Notes under the pieces: model-generated
The model's input: the letters and a program-made list of their open reading frames with translations, nothing else
Database searches by the model: none
What the model was told of the DNA's origin: nothing
Translations under genes and position numbers: made by a program
Shown: piece after piece, positions 41,925 to 55,958 of the stretch
Layout of the letters: each line of letters starts with the position of its first letter
How positions within the stretch are numbered: the stretch's first letter is position 1
NCBI GenBank assembly: GCA_002189035.1
Contig: NEEC01000013.1
Span: 1,860,001-1,924,000 of the forward strand
From: Utricularia gibba
Lineage: Eukaryota > Plantae > Magnoliophyta
Direction: 5' to 3'
Length of the DNA stretch: 64,000 nt

Positions 41925-42776
41925 ATGGGTGCGGTAGCGTACTCGGAAACCCAGGCCACGGCTGAGTCGGGAAAGATAATGTTGCCTTCAGCCGCTCCTT
42001 TGTCTATCCCGCTGACGCAGGATGATTTGAAGAAAATCGCTGCCTATAAAGCGGTGGAGCATGTTGAATCCAGCATGGTGGTGGGGTTAGGCACGGGTTC
42101 CACGGCCAAACATGCCGTAGATCGCATTGCTTATCTTTTGAAGCAGGGGAAGCTTAAAGATATCGTGGGCATACCCACTTCGACGAAAACCTACGAACAG
42201 GCGGTTTCTCTGGGGATACCGCTGTCTGATCTTGATTCACATCCTGTAGTTGATTTAGCCATTGATGGAGCTGATGAAGTTGATCCCAATTTGAATTTGG
42301 TTAAAGGGAGAGGTGGTTCTTTGTTGAGGGAGAAAATGGTGGAATCCGTGAGCAGGAAGTTTATTGTCATTGTGGATGAATCGAAATCGGTTAACCATAT
42401 TGGTGGTAGTGGATTGGCTATGCCTGTGGAGGTGATTCCATTTTGTTGGAAACATTCTTTGAACAGGGTTGTATCCCTGTTTTCTGATGCAGGTTGCGTT
42501 GGGGAGTTGAGAAAAGTTTCTGCAACAGGCAAGCCCTATGTGACTGATAATGGAAACTTCGTAATTGACCTGTACTTTGAGAGAGATATTGGTGACCTCA
42601 ATGAAGCCAGTGACGCAATTTTAAGGCTTCCTGGTATAGTTGAGCATGGCATGTTCATTGGCCTGGCTAGTTCTGTGATCATAGCCGGTATCGATGGCAT
42701 CACCGTTAAGACAAAGGTAGGTAACGAAGTGAAGGTGGATTCGTTTTCTTACAAGGAGTTGAGGAATGCCTTTTGA
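41925..42776 (+). CDS. RPI: Cytosolic-type ribose-5-phosphate isomerase A (intronless)
   Basis: LTQDDLKKIAAYKAV; GLGTGSTA; DLAIDGADEVD; KGRGGSLLREK; VTDNGNFVIDL; GIVEHGMF; no transit peptide. Confidence 0.96.
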   Translation: MGAVAYSETQATAESGKIMLPSAAPLSIPLTQDDLKKIAAYKAVEHVESSMVVGLGTGSTAKHAVDRIAYLLKQGKLKDIVGIPTSTKTYEQAVSLGIPLSDLDSHPVVDLAIDGADEVDPNLNLVKGRGGSLLREKMVESVSRKFIVIVDESKSVNHIGGSGLAMPVEVIPFCWKHSLNRVVSLFSDAGCVGELRKVSATGKPYVTDNGNFVIDLYFERDIGDLNEASDAILRLPGIVEHGMFIGLASSVIIAGIDGITVKTKVGNEVKVDSFSYKELRNAF

Positions 42777-43305
42777 TCATAGGATGTTGAAAAATATCTC
42801 CTCAAAAATGCCTTTTGAGACTTCTTGACATATAGCTTGGAATCTGAGTTGTCATTTTGATCGGCGCGAATGTCGATGACTTCATTGTAAAGACGAATGC
42901 AATCTTAGTTTTGCCGTAGGATATGCAGCGACCATCTTTCACAGATGATGAAAGATTTGAACTTTGTAAGGTCGACAAAATGAGAAAAATCAATAATATT
43001 GTGAGCTTTTACATCAATTTTGCCAACTGTATCCATTCAACGCACGCTGCTTTCTTCATACATCAATGCGAAATGACTATTCTATGAATGCTAGAAACAG
43101 TTGGTGAGAAATTGATTGATAGCTATGGTGAATTCATGGGAATGAAAGAAGAGATTGTGGTTTTGCATTGTTTATTTCAATGATCTGTGGGTTTCTTTTG
43201 CAATTAGAAGAGTAAATCTGTACAAATAACAGGATTAGACACACAATTCTCAGACATCAGTGTGCAAGCACAGCAGAAGGGGCGACAAGCCATATAACTC
43301 ATCTG

Positions 43306-44729
43306 TTACAGGCTCAGCTTGTTGCTGTAGATCGATGCAGATGGAACCGGATCCTTCTGTGGATGAAAGTTCATGTTAGGCTGTGAATATCTAGCTACAG
43401 TCTTGCAGGTTCTTCCCTTTTCATCTCATCTCACCTGGTACATTGAGCAGAAAGAGATTTGTTAAGCCAGTGATTGTTTCTTTCATGCCATGAGTTGAAA
43501 CCAGGCGCACTTGGACATGATCCATCACCTGTTGATGCTGCTGTTGGTGTAGAACAGAATTAGCAGCTTTCAGGAGTATGCAAACGGACATAATGATCCC
43601 CGCAATTCTCAGCATCAACATCTACATTCCAGAATAGCAAAATTCTTAGACTTTGCACCTTTGCTTACATTCATGAGTGCTATGTGTGCATCGTATCACC
43701 ATCGACATGAGCGGGTAGTTCTCGTATCTGCTGGTGTTCGGAAGTACATGCCCCAAGATTAGGAGGACTGTGAACTGAAGAACAATGCTTGATTAAGTGC
43801 AAAGAGATGCCTCTTCCTCTAGAAGAACGAAGTTAAGGATGCAGAAACTTACCATTGTGGCAAGTGCACGGCACATTACATTGCGTTGTGACCCTGTTGG
43901 GGCTGCAGCAAATTCACTATAATCTGGAACGTGGAAAGTGGGATCAGTTGAAACCATTGCGATAACTCGACGATTGTCGAAATCTCTTCTAGCAACACGC
44001 CAGCTTCCCCTGATACGAATCAGGAGATGCAATTACAGGAAAACAATCTATGAATGCTCTAGCTGCCCCTCTTGTTGCAAATGGAGGTACCTCAAGTTCA
44101 TTGGAGGTTGAAACATCGGAGCTGGTGCTGTGTATCCAGGCTTGAATTGCTGCATAGTCCATAGTGCAAACTGATTCCAAAAAATTCCATTGCAACACAT
44201 GAATCTAGCAGATTACCTGATGGCATATCTCACAAGTCGTGTCACCCTTCTCATTACACCACTTCTGCACACATCTCCTGTGAGCATACTGGGGAGACCA
44301 AAAATGATCCAGAATCAACTCAATTTTCCCAAAAGAAGGAAATTTGAGTTCATAATGAAAATGCTAGGCTTAAGCCATTTATGTATAATCCACACAGGCA
44401 TAGTGAAAGAAAGAAACACAAAACGTTCTCTGAATATCTAGGCAGGATCAGATCCAAGGAGAGAGCTTGCGAGGTACCTTTAAGCTCCCAGTGCAGGAGC
44501 AAGGTGCTTCCATACTTGAATCAGAATCCTCATCTAAGCATATCCTGCATTCCACGATCTTTATGGAAGATGGATCGTTTCCATGGTCATCCTTCAACGA
44601 AAGTCCGAGCATTGATTCGTCGAAGGCCGCTGCTGCTTCCTCCTTTACTGAATTTCTGCTACTCATTGCAGCCTCCAGGGTGGAACCAGTGAGCAGCCGA
44701 TCAACCAGCACAACAAGATGATCCTCCAT
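43306..44729 (-). CDS. RING-CH (MARCH-type C4HC3) membrane E3 ligase with DUF3675-type region
   Basis: [14 protein letters not shown]; [36 protein letters not shown]; TM exons CRALATMVS and [17 protein letters not shown]. The last exon and stop codon are uncertain. Confidence 0.85.
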
Positions 44730-47220
44730 CTTTTAGTCCAAAGTCTTTCAAAAGCTTCTTGCTATAGAGCATCAGAGAGCAGAATCTAAGAAAAGAACAC
44801 AATATCCATCAAACGGGATGATACACAATTGCTTCAACAGAACTGACAGCTACATAATGAAGACAGTTCTATCAACAATGTAATGCACAGAAACCTGCCA
44901 ACAGGGCCATGTTCTAGCAGCCTCCGATACAGAAGTTGCACACCTAACAATAAAATAATATACAAATAGAGTGAGGAGGACTTTTCATCGAACATAAGAA
45001 ACCTCGATAAGACAAAACAAAAAGAAAGTGGAAAATTTTCGTTGCCTGGGAAGAATGCAGGTAGCGCATGTCTAGAATATGGTAAAAAAACAATCTTTCT
45101 CGCGATACACCACTAGAAGAACTGACATTTTCCGGAACTCGAGAGAAATATCTCTGTTTACGCATGCGGATAAATCACAGGTCAAACCCAGATGGACAAC
45201 AGCGATATTTATCCGAAAATGGTCCTCGATGAATTGAAAAATAGGCAAAGCAAAGCTTTTGCATCATTCCAGAGATACACGAAAGAGACCCACAATCGGG
45301 CATCTAGAACATCAAAATTGTTCGTTGCTAAAGCAAAAGATTTTGTGCGGGGGAAGGGAATTCAAAATTCTTGCACGAAATGTAAAACAACAGTAGAAGA
45401 AATCTATGCCACCGATGGGAGAGTAAATAAAAAACATAAAAAAAGATTTCATTTTCTTGAATATCTTTGATTTAAAGAATTGATATAATATATAATATAT
45501 TATAATTACGACTTTATTAATAATAATAGAGGTTGATAAAAATTACTATAAAATTCATATTGTTAAGGGTGAAAATCGATTTATAACCCATCACATATCC
45601 CAAACAAAAATTACGTTTATTTAGCATATATGTTTTTTCAATACGAGCGTAATTTGTAAAATAATTACATAAATTATCCAATTATATTTATCAAAATTAT
45701 TCTCTTATGTAATTTTTATCAATCAAACGAATTTTAATTTTTTTGTTTATTCTAAATACGTTATTAAACATACTAACATTTTAAATGCATATATTTAAAA
45801 AGTATCTACCAAATATACTTTTAAATATAACCATATAATATAAATTTATCTAAACTCCATATATCATTAATTAAATTATCCTTATAAATATTCATATGAT
45901 CTAATGGTTTCTATTTCAACTTCACGGGTGACCATCGTGCTATAAGTGATTTTTACTATAAATTTAAGAGTAGAGCAAGGTCTCTTCTATTAAAAAAAAT
46001 ATTTTTTATAATTAAGAGGACAATAAATATACCTTTAATTATAATAAATGTGTCGTCCTAGGCAATTGACCTAAAAGTGTTCCACGACACTAGGGTTTGG
46101 AGGTTTAGGACAACTAAGTAGTTGAATTGGACCCCGGGGTACGCAACATCGGGACCTTATGGACAGTACATTGTTGCATCCATTCCAAATAGTACCCTTT
46201 TTTGGGTTAATAAGCGTAATAAAATTTAATATAAAGTTATGAATTATACCGTATTTACTTCTTAATTTTTTTAAAAAAATAGATATTATGAGAGTTTTGT
46301 TTAATATCACATAAGATATATTATTTTAAAGAAAAAATTTAAAAAAATAGAAGTTGGAATTACGTAGCTTCTAAAAAATGATGAATATTTCTAATATTTA
46401 TTAAAATAAAAACCACTCGTATTTAATAATAAAACTATTTACACATCATTTTATCAAACACAACATAAATCTATATTTCATTAATTTACCTAATATTAGA
46501 TGTTTTACTTACAAAACACCAATATGATTACATTACCTTTATCTAAGCTCTAAAGTAAGTTATTTGGTAGAGAATTTTGGATGTATTAGAAAAAGTGTGT
46601 CATAAAATTAATCATCCTTAATTAAAAAAAACTTTGATTCGATGTGTGAGAAATAAAGGGAAGATGATTATATTTGTAAATAATTCAGAAAATTTTAAAT
46701 AAATTACTTAAACCCTTTTTGTCGTAATATAAACGAATTACAAGTGGAGATGTGTTAGAATCTTTTGGTGATTTTTGTGTGTGTGTGGTCAATCTCAAAT
46801 ATTAAATGGTTATTTGGAAACCCTAGTTACTCAGATTCCCTCATCAAGACAGCGGATTCTCGCTTATCCGAAATTAGACACGTGAAAGAATCCAGAGGAG
46901 ATCTCTGTGTGTCGGAAAAACGTGTCTGTGTTGGAAAAAATAGGCGCACGTGTTGGGCTGCACTGAAGAAAAAGCACATAAGGCCCACCAAAGTGATCCT
47001 CGGCCCAAATGGTAATTGAAGTTTTTTCGGATTTGATTCAATAATTTTTATAAAAAAATTAAGAAATTTAAATAATTATTTTTATTTTTATAATGTATTA
47101 AATCGGATTCAATTCCTTTGTAAAAACGATTCAATTAAAAAAAATGATTAAATTGAAAAATGGATTGAATTAAATTTTAAATTTCTATTTTGTGCGGATT
47201 TATGGAGTTTGAAGTAGAAG

Positions 47221-47286
47221 AGATATTTCGACCAGATATTTCCTGAATGGAGTAGAATAGATATTTCCAGAAGATAGAGATATTTT
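47221..47286. promoter_or_regulatory. Cluster of four AGATATTT (evening-element-like) motifs upstream of the J-domain gene
   Basis: AGATATTT at ~47221, 47234, 47259 and 47278; the last is a full AGATATTTT, the reverse complement of AAAATATCT. Confidence 0.55.
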
Positions 47287-47518
47287 TCAAGGCATTCCAT
47301 CTTCGACGGAGAGGTAAGGAAAAAGTAACTTCCTAGCAGTGGATATCTCCAGAACATCGCCGAGTTAAAATATTTCAGGCGAGAAATTTCCAGATCGCCG
47401 CCACCTGTTTTATATAATATCTGTCTGCGGCCGTAGTTGAATCGTCGCGGAAGTTTCTTCTGTAGAAGTGAAGGAAAAAAGAGCCTTCTATAGCGTCACC
47501 AAATCGTTGATGTGGGTG

Positions 47519-48163
47519 ATGGGGAGATCGCCCTCGTGCTATTACAGCGTTCTTGGGCTGAAGCCCGACGCTTCCGATCATCAAATCCGTCGCGCTTACC
47601 GGAATCTCGCCAAGGTGATTATCCATTGATCTGGGTTGCATGCATAATTCGTGCTTCTTCTGGGGAATTATGATTCTAAGAGTTGGTGAATGCTTTGTGG
47701 CAGCAATGGCACCCGGATAAATGGAGCAGAGCCCCATGTCGTCTCGTTGAAGCGAAACACAGGTTTCAGCAAATTCAAGAAGCGTATTCAGTGCTTTCGG
47801 ATAGGAGAAAAAAAAAGCTGTACGACATAGGACTCTACGATCAGGACGATGATGAGGATGAGGTATAACTGCATTCCATTCTCTGCGATTTTCATTCGAT
47901 TGTGGTGGGATGGTCTGCAAGAACGTAGAACTGATTATCTCTAGTTCCTGTTTCAGGGATTCGCTGATTTCGTTGAGGAAATGGTGTCTCTCGTGAATCA
48001 GGCGAAGAAGGAGAAAGAGAGTTACAGTCTCCATGAACTGCAGAGCATGTTCTGCGAAATGGCTCAGAGTTTTGAAACTTCAACTTGGGAGATGCCGCAA
48101 AGCTTTCAACAGCCGATTCAAGATTTCTACGGCCTGCATGGTTCGTTGGATGCTAGGGAATGA
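47519..48163 (+). CDS. Small type III J-domain (DnaJ) protein
   Basis: CYYSVLGLKPDAS..IRRAYRNLAK/QWHPDKW..AKHRFQQIQEAYSVLSD..KKKLYD; GFADFVEEMVSL. Confidence 0.92.
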
Positions 48164-49885
48164 TGCAGCACAGCGGCAACCAGGCCTTATTTTTTAAGGC
48201 CGAAGATTCCACTTTCAGAGAGGAATTGAGTGCATTTTCTTCGTCTTCTGTGTGGGTATCCTTAAAGTTGCATGAACTATTGAACTCTGTTGTACATTCT
48301 ATATCTGAGTTCACAAACTTCACCAAATTTGTCATTCATCAAGTGGGATTGCCTTAATAATGGAAGACAAGAACAGCAAGTAGTAAAGGAGAAAAGGGCA
48401 ATACAGAAGGGAAAGATGATGAACAAGGAAAAGAAGGATCCACCCACCCCCACTCCAATCCATGTAATGAGATACAGGAGAAAAGGGAACTTGGGGATGG
48501 CCCAGTTATGGACACCTAACAAAGAAGAAGTCTTGAAAAAACAGCGCAGAAGGACCACGATCATGAGTGCATGATGCTGCCGCCATTACAAAAATGGGAT
48601 TCAGTCCCATGCTGAAATAACTCCTTTCATAGGCCTAACTCTACGGGGATGTAACCAGGCGTGGGCGACTAACCTGGGGGAGGGGGTGCCTCCTCAGACC
48701 ATGTCTGGGACTGGGGGCTGACGGCGGCCCAGCGCCGGAGAGTCGAGGAGGTTGGTGACATGGGGTGGTGGGCATGGGTTCAATCCTTACGGGTACGGAT
48801 CCAACCCGATGGTTAACGATCCATACAAGGTTAACTCATCATGGGTTGGACCTTGATTCCACCGGCGTACGGGTCTATTTTACATCACCTTCGATTAAAC
48901 CACTTGTACTAATGTCACTTGAATGCCCTGAAAGGATAAGTGCCCCTCAAGCAGTTGCTCCTGGAGCTCAAGCTTCCAAGGCTTTCAGTCGCAAATCATG
49001 AGGATGATTTCTTGTTATAACTGATTCACATCCAGAGAGCACCTCAGGGTCTCAATCTTCTGCTTGAGTGAGGAGTGTCTTCGTTTTGCTGGGCGATCAA
49101 CATTCGAAATTTTAGACAAGAGGTGGTGGAAGACAATTTCTCATCTGATACAAACCTCGCTATCTGAGCCTGTCTTCTCGCCTTTCATTGTGTAGAACAC
49201 AGTTTTCCTTTTTTCTTTTGCTAGCATTGTTCCGTTCTTCAATGAACTTCTTGCATTTCATTGATTCGAGTCCGATCGAATACCATCTACTATTATGCAT
49301 ACTATAGCTGCAATACAATACCGTAGAGCATGGCATAAAAGTGCTGAAACGGAAGGAGAAGCATTAACACATTCGGAGCTACGAACCCAGACAAGAATCA
49401 ATACAACCGGCAATAAAAAATTTTGCTTTGACATAAAAAGCCCAAAAAAATGGTTCCCCATTTCAAAAACGAAAATGTAGCAGAAATTCAAGTATGATAA
49501 AGCTCACTGACAATGTGCGAAAAAAATGGTGATCGCCGTGTACGGTAGATTATCGAGCCGATGACTGAGAATTTTTTTTGCGACAGGCGATTGAGGGCTT
49601 TCACGAAGGTATTCCATGGCTGAATTCCAGGAACTGCTTTTACACACGGTATGAGAGGTATTTATCGAAATCCCCTCAAAAAACGAAAAAAGACAGAAAA
49701 TACAAGTTTCCCAAATTTCAATGCGTGCACTCAAAGTTCTTTTAATGGAAGAGGGTGCAAGTTCGTCACGTTTGTGCCAAGCCCACACAAAAAGGATGCT
49801 TTTCGAAGATTTGTAGGTTTCGCCGGAGAGATGATGGCTTACTGGTGAGAAAAAATTCAGGGATTTTGGTGGATGACCGAAGCAG

Positions 49886-52800
49886 ATGGATGATCAGTTG
49901 GTTCAGAGGTTGTTGCAAGAAGGCGGGCGTGATTTGTATCAACAGCAGGCTTCAACTTCGTCTTCTTCGTCGTCTATTCTCCAGTCTCTTCCGTTGCACG
50001 TCGTAAGGATTTTTTTTTCCCCTTTGAGTTTAGGCTTTGAAGCTAGATTGCTTCTTTCGATTGGAGATGCGTTTGAACGACTTATGCGAAAAATTGTGAG
50101 TTGTCCATTTCAAAATGGGCTATGGCACGATGCAGAATTTAGTAATGACGCGCGAACGTGGGGAGAGACATGATCATTGCGTGGATCTGAACTCCCACAT
50201 GATCTCTGGAGTAGAGGATACTAACTGATTTCTGATATTCTGCCCTGCTCATTTTTGTTCTGTTCGCATCTCCATGAATTGTTCGAGGAATCGTGATTTT
50301 GAAAAATTGCAGGATTTTGATAATGGATACTTCTTGTTGGTCAAAGCTATTCAAGAACTTAGAGGGAAGAAAGACAGTATTGTCACAGTCGGGATTGGAG
50401 GTCCAAGTGGATCTGGGAAAACAAGGTCCCTTACCATTTATGAAATTTGAGAACTTTTTGTTCTCCTCTGCATATGTCATTATGAAGCCTGTCTTTTATG
50501 CTCCATGAAATGGATTTGAATCATGTTGTTTTTGAAGCTTGGCCGAGAAGGTGGCTTCTGTAATTGGTTGCACCATTATCTCGATGGAGAACTATCGTAC
50601 AGGAGTTGAAGAGGGTCATGATCTGGCTTCAATTGATTTTGATCTTCTTGTTCAGAATCTCGAGGTTTTATGCATTTCTTTGCTTTCGGTATTTTGATAT
50701 GGGTGTTTTCACTTGACAGAAAGCAGCTTTTATTTTGGTTTAGTTGAGCCCCTGCATTTTTCTGGAAACATTGAATTAAAAACGTGTGTTAAATATTGGG
50801 CGCATACCTTCAGAAGAATAGTTATGATATTTTCAAGTTATGCTATCCGGATAGCATTCACTTAATGAGCAAGTGCATCATTGAAACAGGACCTTATAAA
50901 TGGCCGAGATACAGAGACCCCTGTGTTTGATTTTCAAGTAAGGAGACGCAATGGCTCCAGTTTCATAAAAAGCAGTTCGTCTGGGGTGGTATGTATTCTG
51001 TCAAGAATGGAACATTTTAACTCTTTTTAGAACTTCCGTTTGATTCTCTATTTACGTTTGCAGGTTATTGTTGATGGTACTTATGCTTTGAATGCAAAGC
51101 TCCGATCGTTTCTAGATATACGTGTTGCTGTGGTAATGATCTCTTTCTTAAATGAATGCAGGCATTGTTCTTTGCATTTTCGGCACTGGACATTACCATT
51201 ATTTCTATGGCTATAATTTAATTCGTTGTCTTCTTAATCAGGTTGGCGGTGTCCATTTTAGTTTACTGTCCAAAGTGCAGCACGATATTGGAGAGTCTTG
51301 CTCCCTGGACAGCCTAATTGACAGCATTTTCCCTATGTTCAGAAAGCATATTGAACCGGATCTGCACCATGCGCAGGTTGGAGTCCATTTCCAGTATGCT
51401 GATATTTCCAACTCTTTTTGGAACGTTTATATATGTTTATTGAGTGTATTCATTTTCTGTAGATCAGAATTAACAACAGTTTCATCTCATCGTTTAGAGA
51501 GCCAATTTACAAGCTAAAATGCAAAAGCGAGGTATCCCATGGCAATGATTGTTAGAGTTCTCACAAAAGCAAGCTTTTAAAGGAATTCTTGATATGATAT
51601 TTTCAAGTATGGCTTTTGGAATAAACTGTTGTATCTATATTGAACAGTCTCAAAGTAAGGAAGCCACCCTTGTTTTTCGTGGAAAGAAGGTGCTGGATAA
51701 CAAGTAAGTTACCAAGTATTTGTATGCTTACAGCTTTAACTTCTTACAACAAACGTAAAGTCGGAGTTTATGCATTTTCTTCAAGTTTTATCGAAATGTA
51801 TCTGAGACCTCCTGCTGCAAGCGAAGAAGCAAGAATAAATGATTGGATTAAGGTCCGGCAATCTGGAATCAAATACTACATTTCACTTGGTGATCAGAGA
51901 ATTCTTGATAAGAATTACATTATCCGGCCAAGAGCAGAATTTGAGGTAATATAAATAATTATGTGATGTTTTTTGCAGTATACCCAAACAAAGAAACGTG
52001 TGTTTTCTTGAAAATCATTACTGAAATATGTTACGTTTATTGAAGAGAAAAACTGTAAAATGTCCAATTCATGTTTGAAACATGGCCATGCATATTTTTC
52101 CATGTATTTGAACCACATGAAAAAAGGGAGTGAATTATATCCCTTGACTAATGAAGCGTATCAGGTTGGCAAGATGACTCTCGGTGGTTTGCTTGCTCTT
52201 AAATATGTCGTTGTGGTCAGTTACAAGAGGACATCTAAATCAGTTATCAATGGCAATGTTGAACTGTCGCTAGAAACCATTGACCGACTTGGAGAGACGT
52301 ATTTGGTGCTCAGGGGTACAAGTAGACAAGTAAGATATCTTGATCGGCACATTCTAAAGTTGTTCGATACTGTAGCATATTCCTTGGAGAATCAACACTT
52401 CGCTATTATGGTTTATTATATTTTTATGCTGGAGTTCTCAATTTACCTTACTGTAGAATCAACATTTTATGACTGCACACTCCTCTTTATCTAATGTTGC
52501 AATTTTATCCTGAATAATATACTATGGAAGCGAAGTTGATATTCTAGACAACCGCTGAGTTCAATGTGATGCATTCAATCTAATATGCAGGTCGTTGGGG
52601 CTGAATCATCGAGGTTAGGAGTCACTGGACCATGGATTACAAAATCTTATCTGGAGTTGATCCTTGAGAGGCAAGGTCTGTAAAATTCATGTTTTGGGTA
52701 TCTCGTAGGTGAGGCAATATGACACTACCTTTTTTGAAAATACTTTTCTTTGTTTCAGGGGTTCCACGTCTTAGTACACCACCACCTTTGGCCAGTGCCA

Positions 52801-55800
52801 CCTCGTCCATTTCCCAAGAGAAGTCTTTTGCAGCTCCAAAGGCCATACGTATAGTGTCAAATATTGTAACCCCATTTGACGATTTGTCACAACCATGGAC
52901 ACGTTCACCAACAAAATCTCAAATGGAGCCTGTCTTGCCAACATGGCATTTTATCACAGCAGATCGTCATCACACTGGTTTGGATTTTTGGCTATTAGTA
53001 GTTGTGACTGTTTTACATGTTTTGTGTCATATTCAATGCTAAACATTTTCAGGCACAAGCTCCTCAAAGGATGTACTGAAGCTTGCGCCAATTCCGGATT
53101 CATATGATTTAGATAGAGGATTGCTTCTTGCGGTGCAAGCAATTCAGGTAACTTTGTCTGTACCAAGCCATTTGCGTGATAATTTTCTTGTAGATCCATT
53201 ATTTGTACTCAAATCTCGTACAGGTCTGAAATCCATTATGTGTATTGTAGGCATTGTTGGAGAATAAGGGACTTCCTGTGTTGGTTGGAATTGGTAGGAT
53301 ATATGTTTCTCTCTTAGTAGCATATCAGGTCCATTTTTTGGCATTGAGAAATTTATTAAATAATGCGTTCAAGGAAAATGTGGAACTAGAAACAATTTTG
53401 ATTGATTTTGTTGGAAGCATAGAAGTACAAATACTAAATTAGTACAAAGCTGATACGCCACCCTTTGTCTAGTATATTATTTGTATGGTGGCCTTGTAGG
53501 TTGCAATTTTAAGTTGATGGTAGCAATGACTATCCAACTGCTTGAAACCAATATTTTATTGGATCTTCTTTCCTGTTGAATATTTTTGTAGGAGGTCCAA
53601 GCGGGTCGGGGAAAACAAGTTTAGCTCATAAAATGGCCAACATCATTGGCTGTGAAGTTGTCTCTCTCGAAAGCTACTATAAACCTGAGCAATTGAAGGA
53701 TCTCAAGTACGATGACTTCAGCTCTCTTGATCTGGATTTGCTGTCAAAGGTAAGGATATTATTACTTTCTGATTTTGTTATGAGCAACAACATTTCGTGT
53801 ACATAACCTTCTTGGCTATAATTAAATTTGAGTATTGCTCAAGGCATATTTGCAACTATGAAAATTTCATTTAATTTTTTGTCAACTCACCTTTTTTATG
53901 TTTTCTATTTCAGAACATTAATGATATAAGAAACCTCAGAAGAACAAAGATACCTGTATTTGATCTTGAGACTGGTTCACGTAGTGGTTTTAAAGAGCTT
54001 CAAGTATCAGAAGATTGCGGTGTGGTATGCTGTAAAAATACATTCTGCTTTCTTGTGAATGCTGGATGGATACAATATTGTTTGTACACTCTACCTGCAC
54101 TATAAACTTGGATAAAATGAGAACAGAAATTTGAGCAGTAGAACCAATTTGAAAGGGTGGTATTTTAATGAAATTATTTGCTTTGATCAGGTCATACTTG
54201 AGGGAATTTATGCGTTGCACCCAAAAATTAGGAAACCTCTGGATTTATGGATTGCTGTAGTAAGTTCAGCAAATTCACTTTAGAGACTCCATTTTAAATA
54301 AAATTCACTTCATTTAAGTTACTTCCATTTCATTCTTACAGGTTGGAGGTGTCCATTCACATCTCATTTCTCGGGTTCAAAGAGACAAAAGCCGGGTCTC
54401 ATGCTTTATGTCGCAAAATGAAATCATGATGGCAGTGTTCCCCATGTTTCAACAACATATCGAACCACATCTTGTGGATGCTCATGTTAGTTTATTCTTG
54501 ATTCTCTGCTCAAGTTATAATCTGAATGGACTTCCTTTTCCATTATTTGGGGTTGTAAATTGGTGTTAGTTGTTGCTCTTCGTTTCAGCTGAAAATCAGA
54601 AATGATTTTGATCCAGTTCTTTCACCTGAGAGCTCACTGTTCATTTTGAAAAGTAACAAGCAAGTAAGTTATCACAACTTCTCTCATTCGTTTCTTTATT
54701 TATTTTTTAGTTGGTCTACTCATTTTTTGGCAGGTATCATACCAAGACATTCTCAAAATTCTTGAACCAACTAAAGTGTGCAGTTCGGTTCAGAATTTTG
54801 TTGACATATATCTGAGACTCTCAGGACTACCTGCTAATGGGCAGCTCATGGAGAGTGAGTGCATCAGGGTTCGCATATGTGAGGGCAGATTTGCTCTGCT
54901 TATCCGAGAGGTGTGCTTTTGTACTCAATCAAAACATTTCCATAGATTCGCTTTCCATGTTTTTGATGCTTATTTTACAAGAACTACCCTCTTACCTCTA
55001 CACCCTTTTCCTTGTTTTCAATGAAGCCTATCAGAGAAGGAAACTTCATCATTCAGCCAAAAGTTGATTTTGATATCAGCATCAGTACAGTAGCAGGGCT
55101 ACTGAATCTTGGGTATGGTGATTGCTTCGCGAAGCTACTCATCCAAATCGACACAAGTTTATCTTCTGTAGCTTCATTGCAGGTATCAGGCTGTCGCATA
55201 CATAGAAGCGTCTGCAGATATTTACCAAGATGGAAAGGTGCTCATTTCTCATAAAAACTGGTTGCTTGCAATATCTTTTTTTTTAACGCGCTGTTTGCAT
55301 GTCCAGATTCTCATTGAGATGGATCATCTGCAAGATGTTTCCAGTCCGTACATTCAGATCAAGGGTGTAAACAAAGCATTGGTGAGTGCAGCCGGATCAA
55401 CGCTTAAGCTGGATGGTTCTTACACCACAAAGGTCTCCTGCGAATCGCTTTTATGCACCATGCAGTTCATAATTCTATTCCGCTTGGTTTATCTGTTTTT
55501 CCTTCACAGAGTTACCTTCAAATCATTCTTGAAACTTTACCTGCTTTGGAGAGGAGTTCCAGTGGGATTCATTCCCACCAAAGTGCAAGACTTCAAGAGC
55601 TTGTCGAATACATTCAAGCGCAGGTACCCTTCACTCAGGAAGCACTGCAAATCTGTCATGTGTTAGATGAATGATCTAGCGCTGTCATGCAGGGAGTCAG
55701 TTCTCCTTCGGAGTCATCACAGAGCAGGGATGCTTCTTCTCAACTGGAGAGCGTTATAGATGACATGCAAGTGAGAATAAAACGCCTCGAAACCTGGCAG

Positions 55801-55958
55801 ACGATCAACACTGTATTCCCACTAGTCCTCCTCCCCTGCTTGCTTCCCCAATGCATTTCCTTCCCACTTGATTCTTGGAGCTGTCTGTGTAGGTACTTTG
55901 GACAATTCTAATGTCTGCTTTCATCGGATATTCGATTCACCAGAGAAAGCGGCAGTGA
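49886..55958 (+). CDS. Tandem uridine-kinase-like P-loop + CYTH-like protein with C-terminal TM anchor (At2g01460-like, TTM-related), more than 20 exons
   Basis: MDDQLVQRLLQEGGRD..SILQSLPLHV; two P-loops VGIGGPSGSGKT (~50390 and ~53280-53610); FRKHIEPDLHHAQ; FIEMYLRPP; IRVRICEGRF; tail VLWTILMSAFIGYSIHQRKRQ*. Confidence 0.9.

Noticed and set aside
47375-48034. 219-aa minus-strand ORF
   Set aside because: Antisense shadow of the J-domain gene with no domain features.
48640-48870. GC-rich patch with GGTTCAATCC (tRNA B-box-like); possible SINE or tRNA
   Set aside because: No A-box, cloverleaf, poly-A/T tail or TSD could be found; possibly a TE relic but unsupported.
48880-49180. Minus-strand stop-interrupted frame (EIVFHHLLSKIS...) faintly resembling an F-box start
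   Set aside because: Similarity is too weak to call without a profile search.
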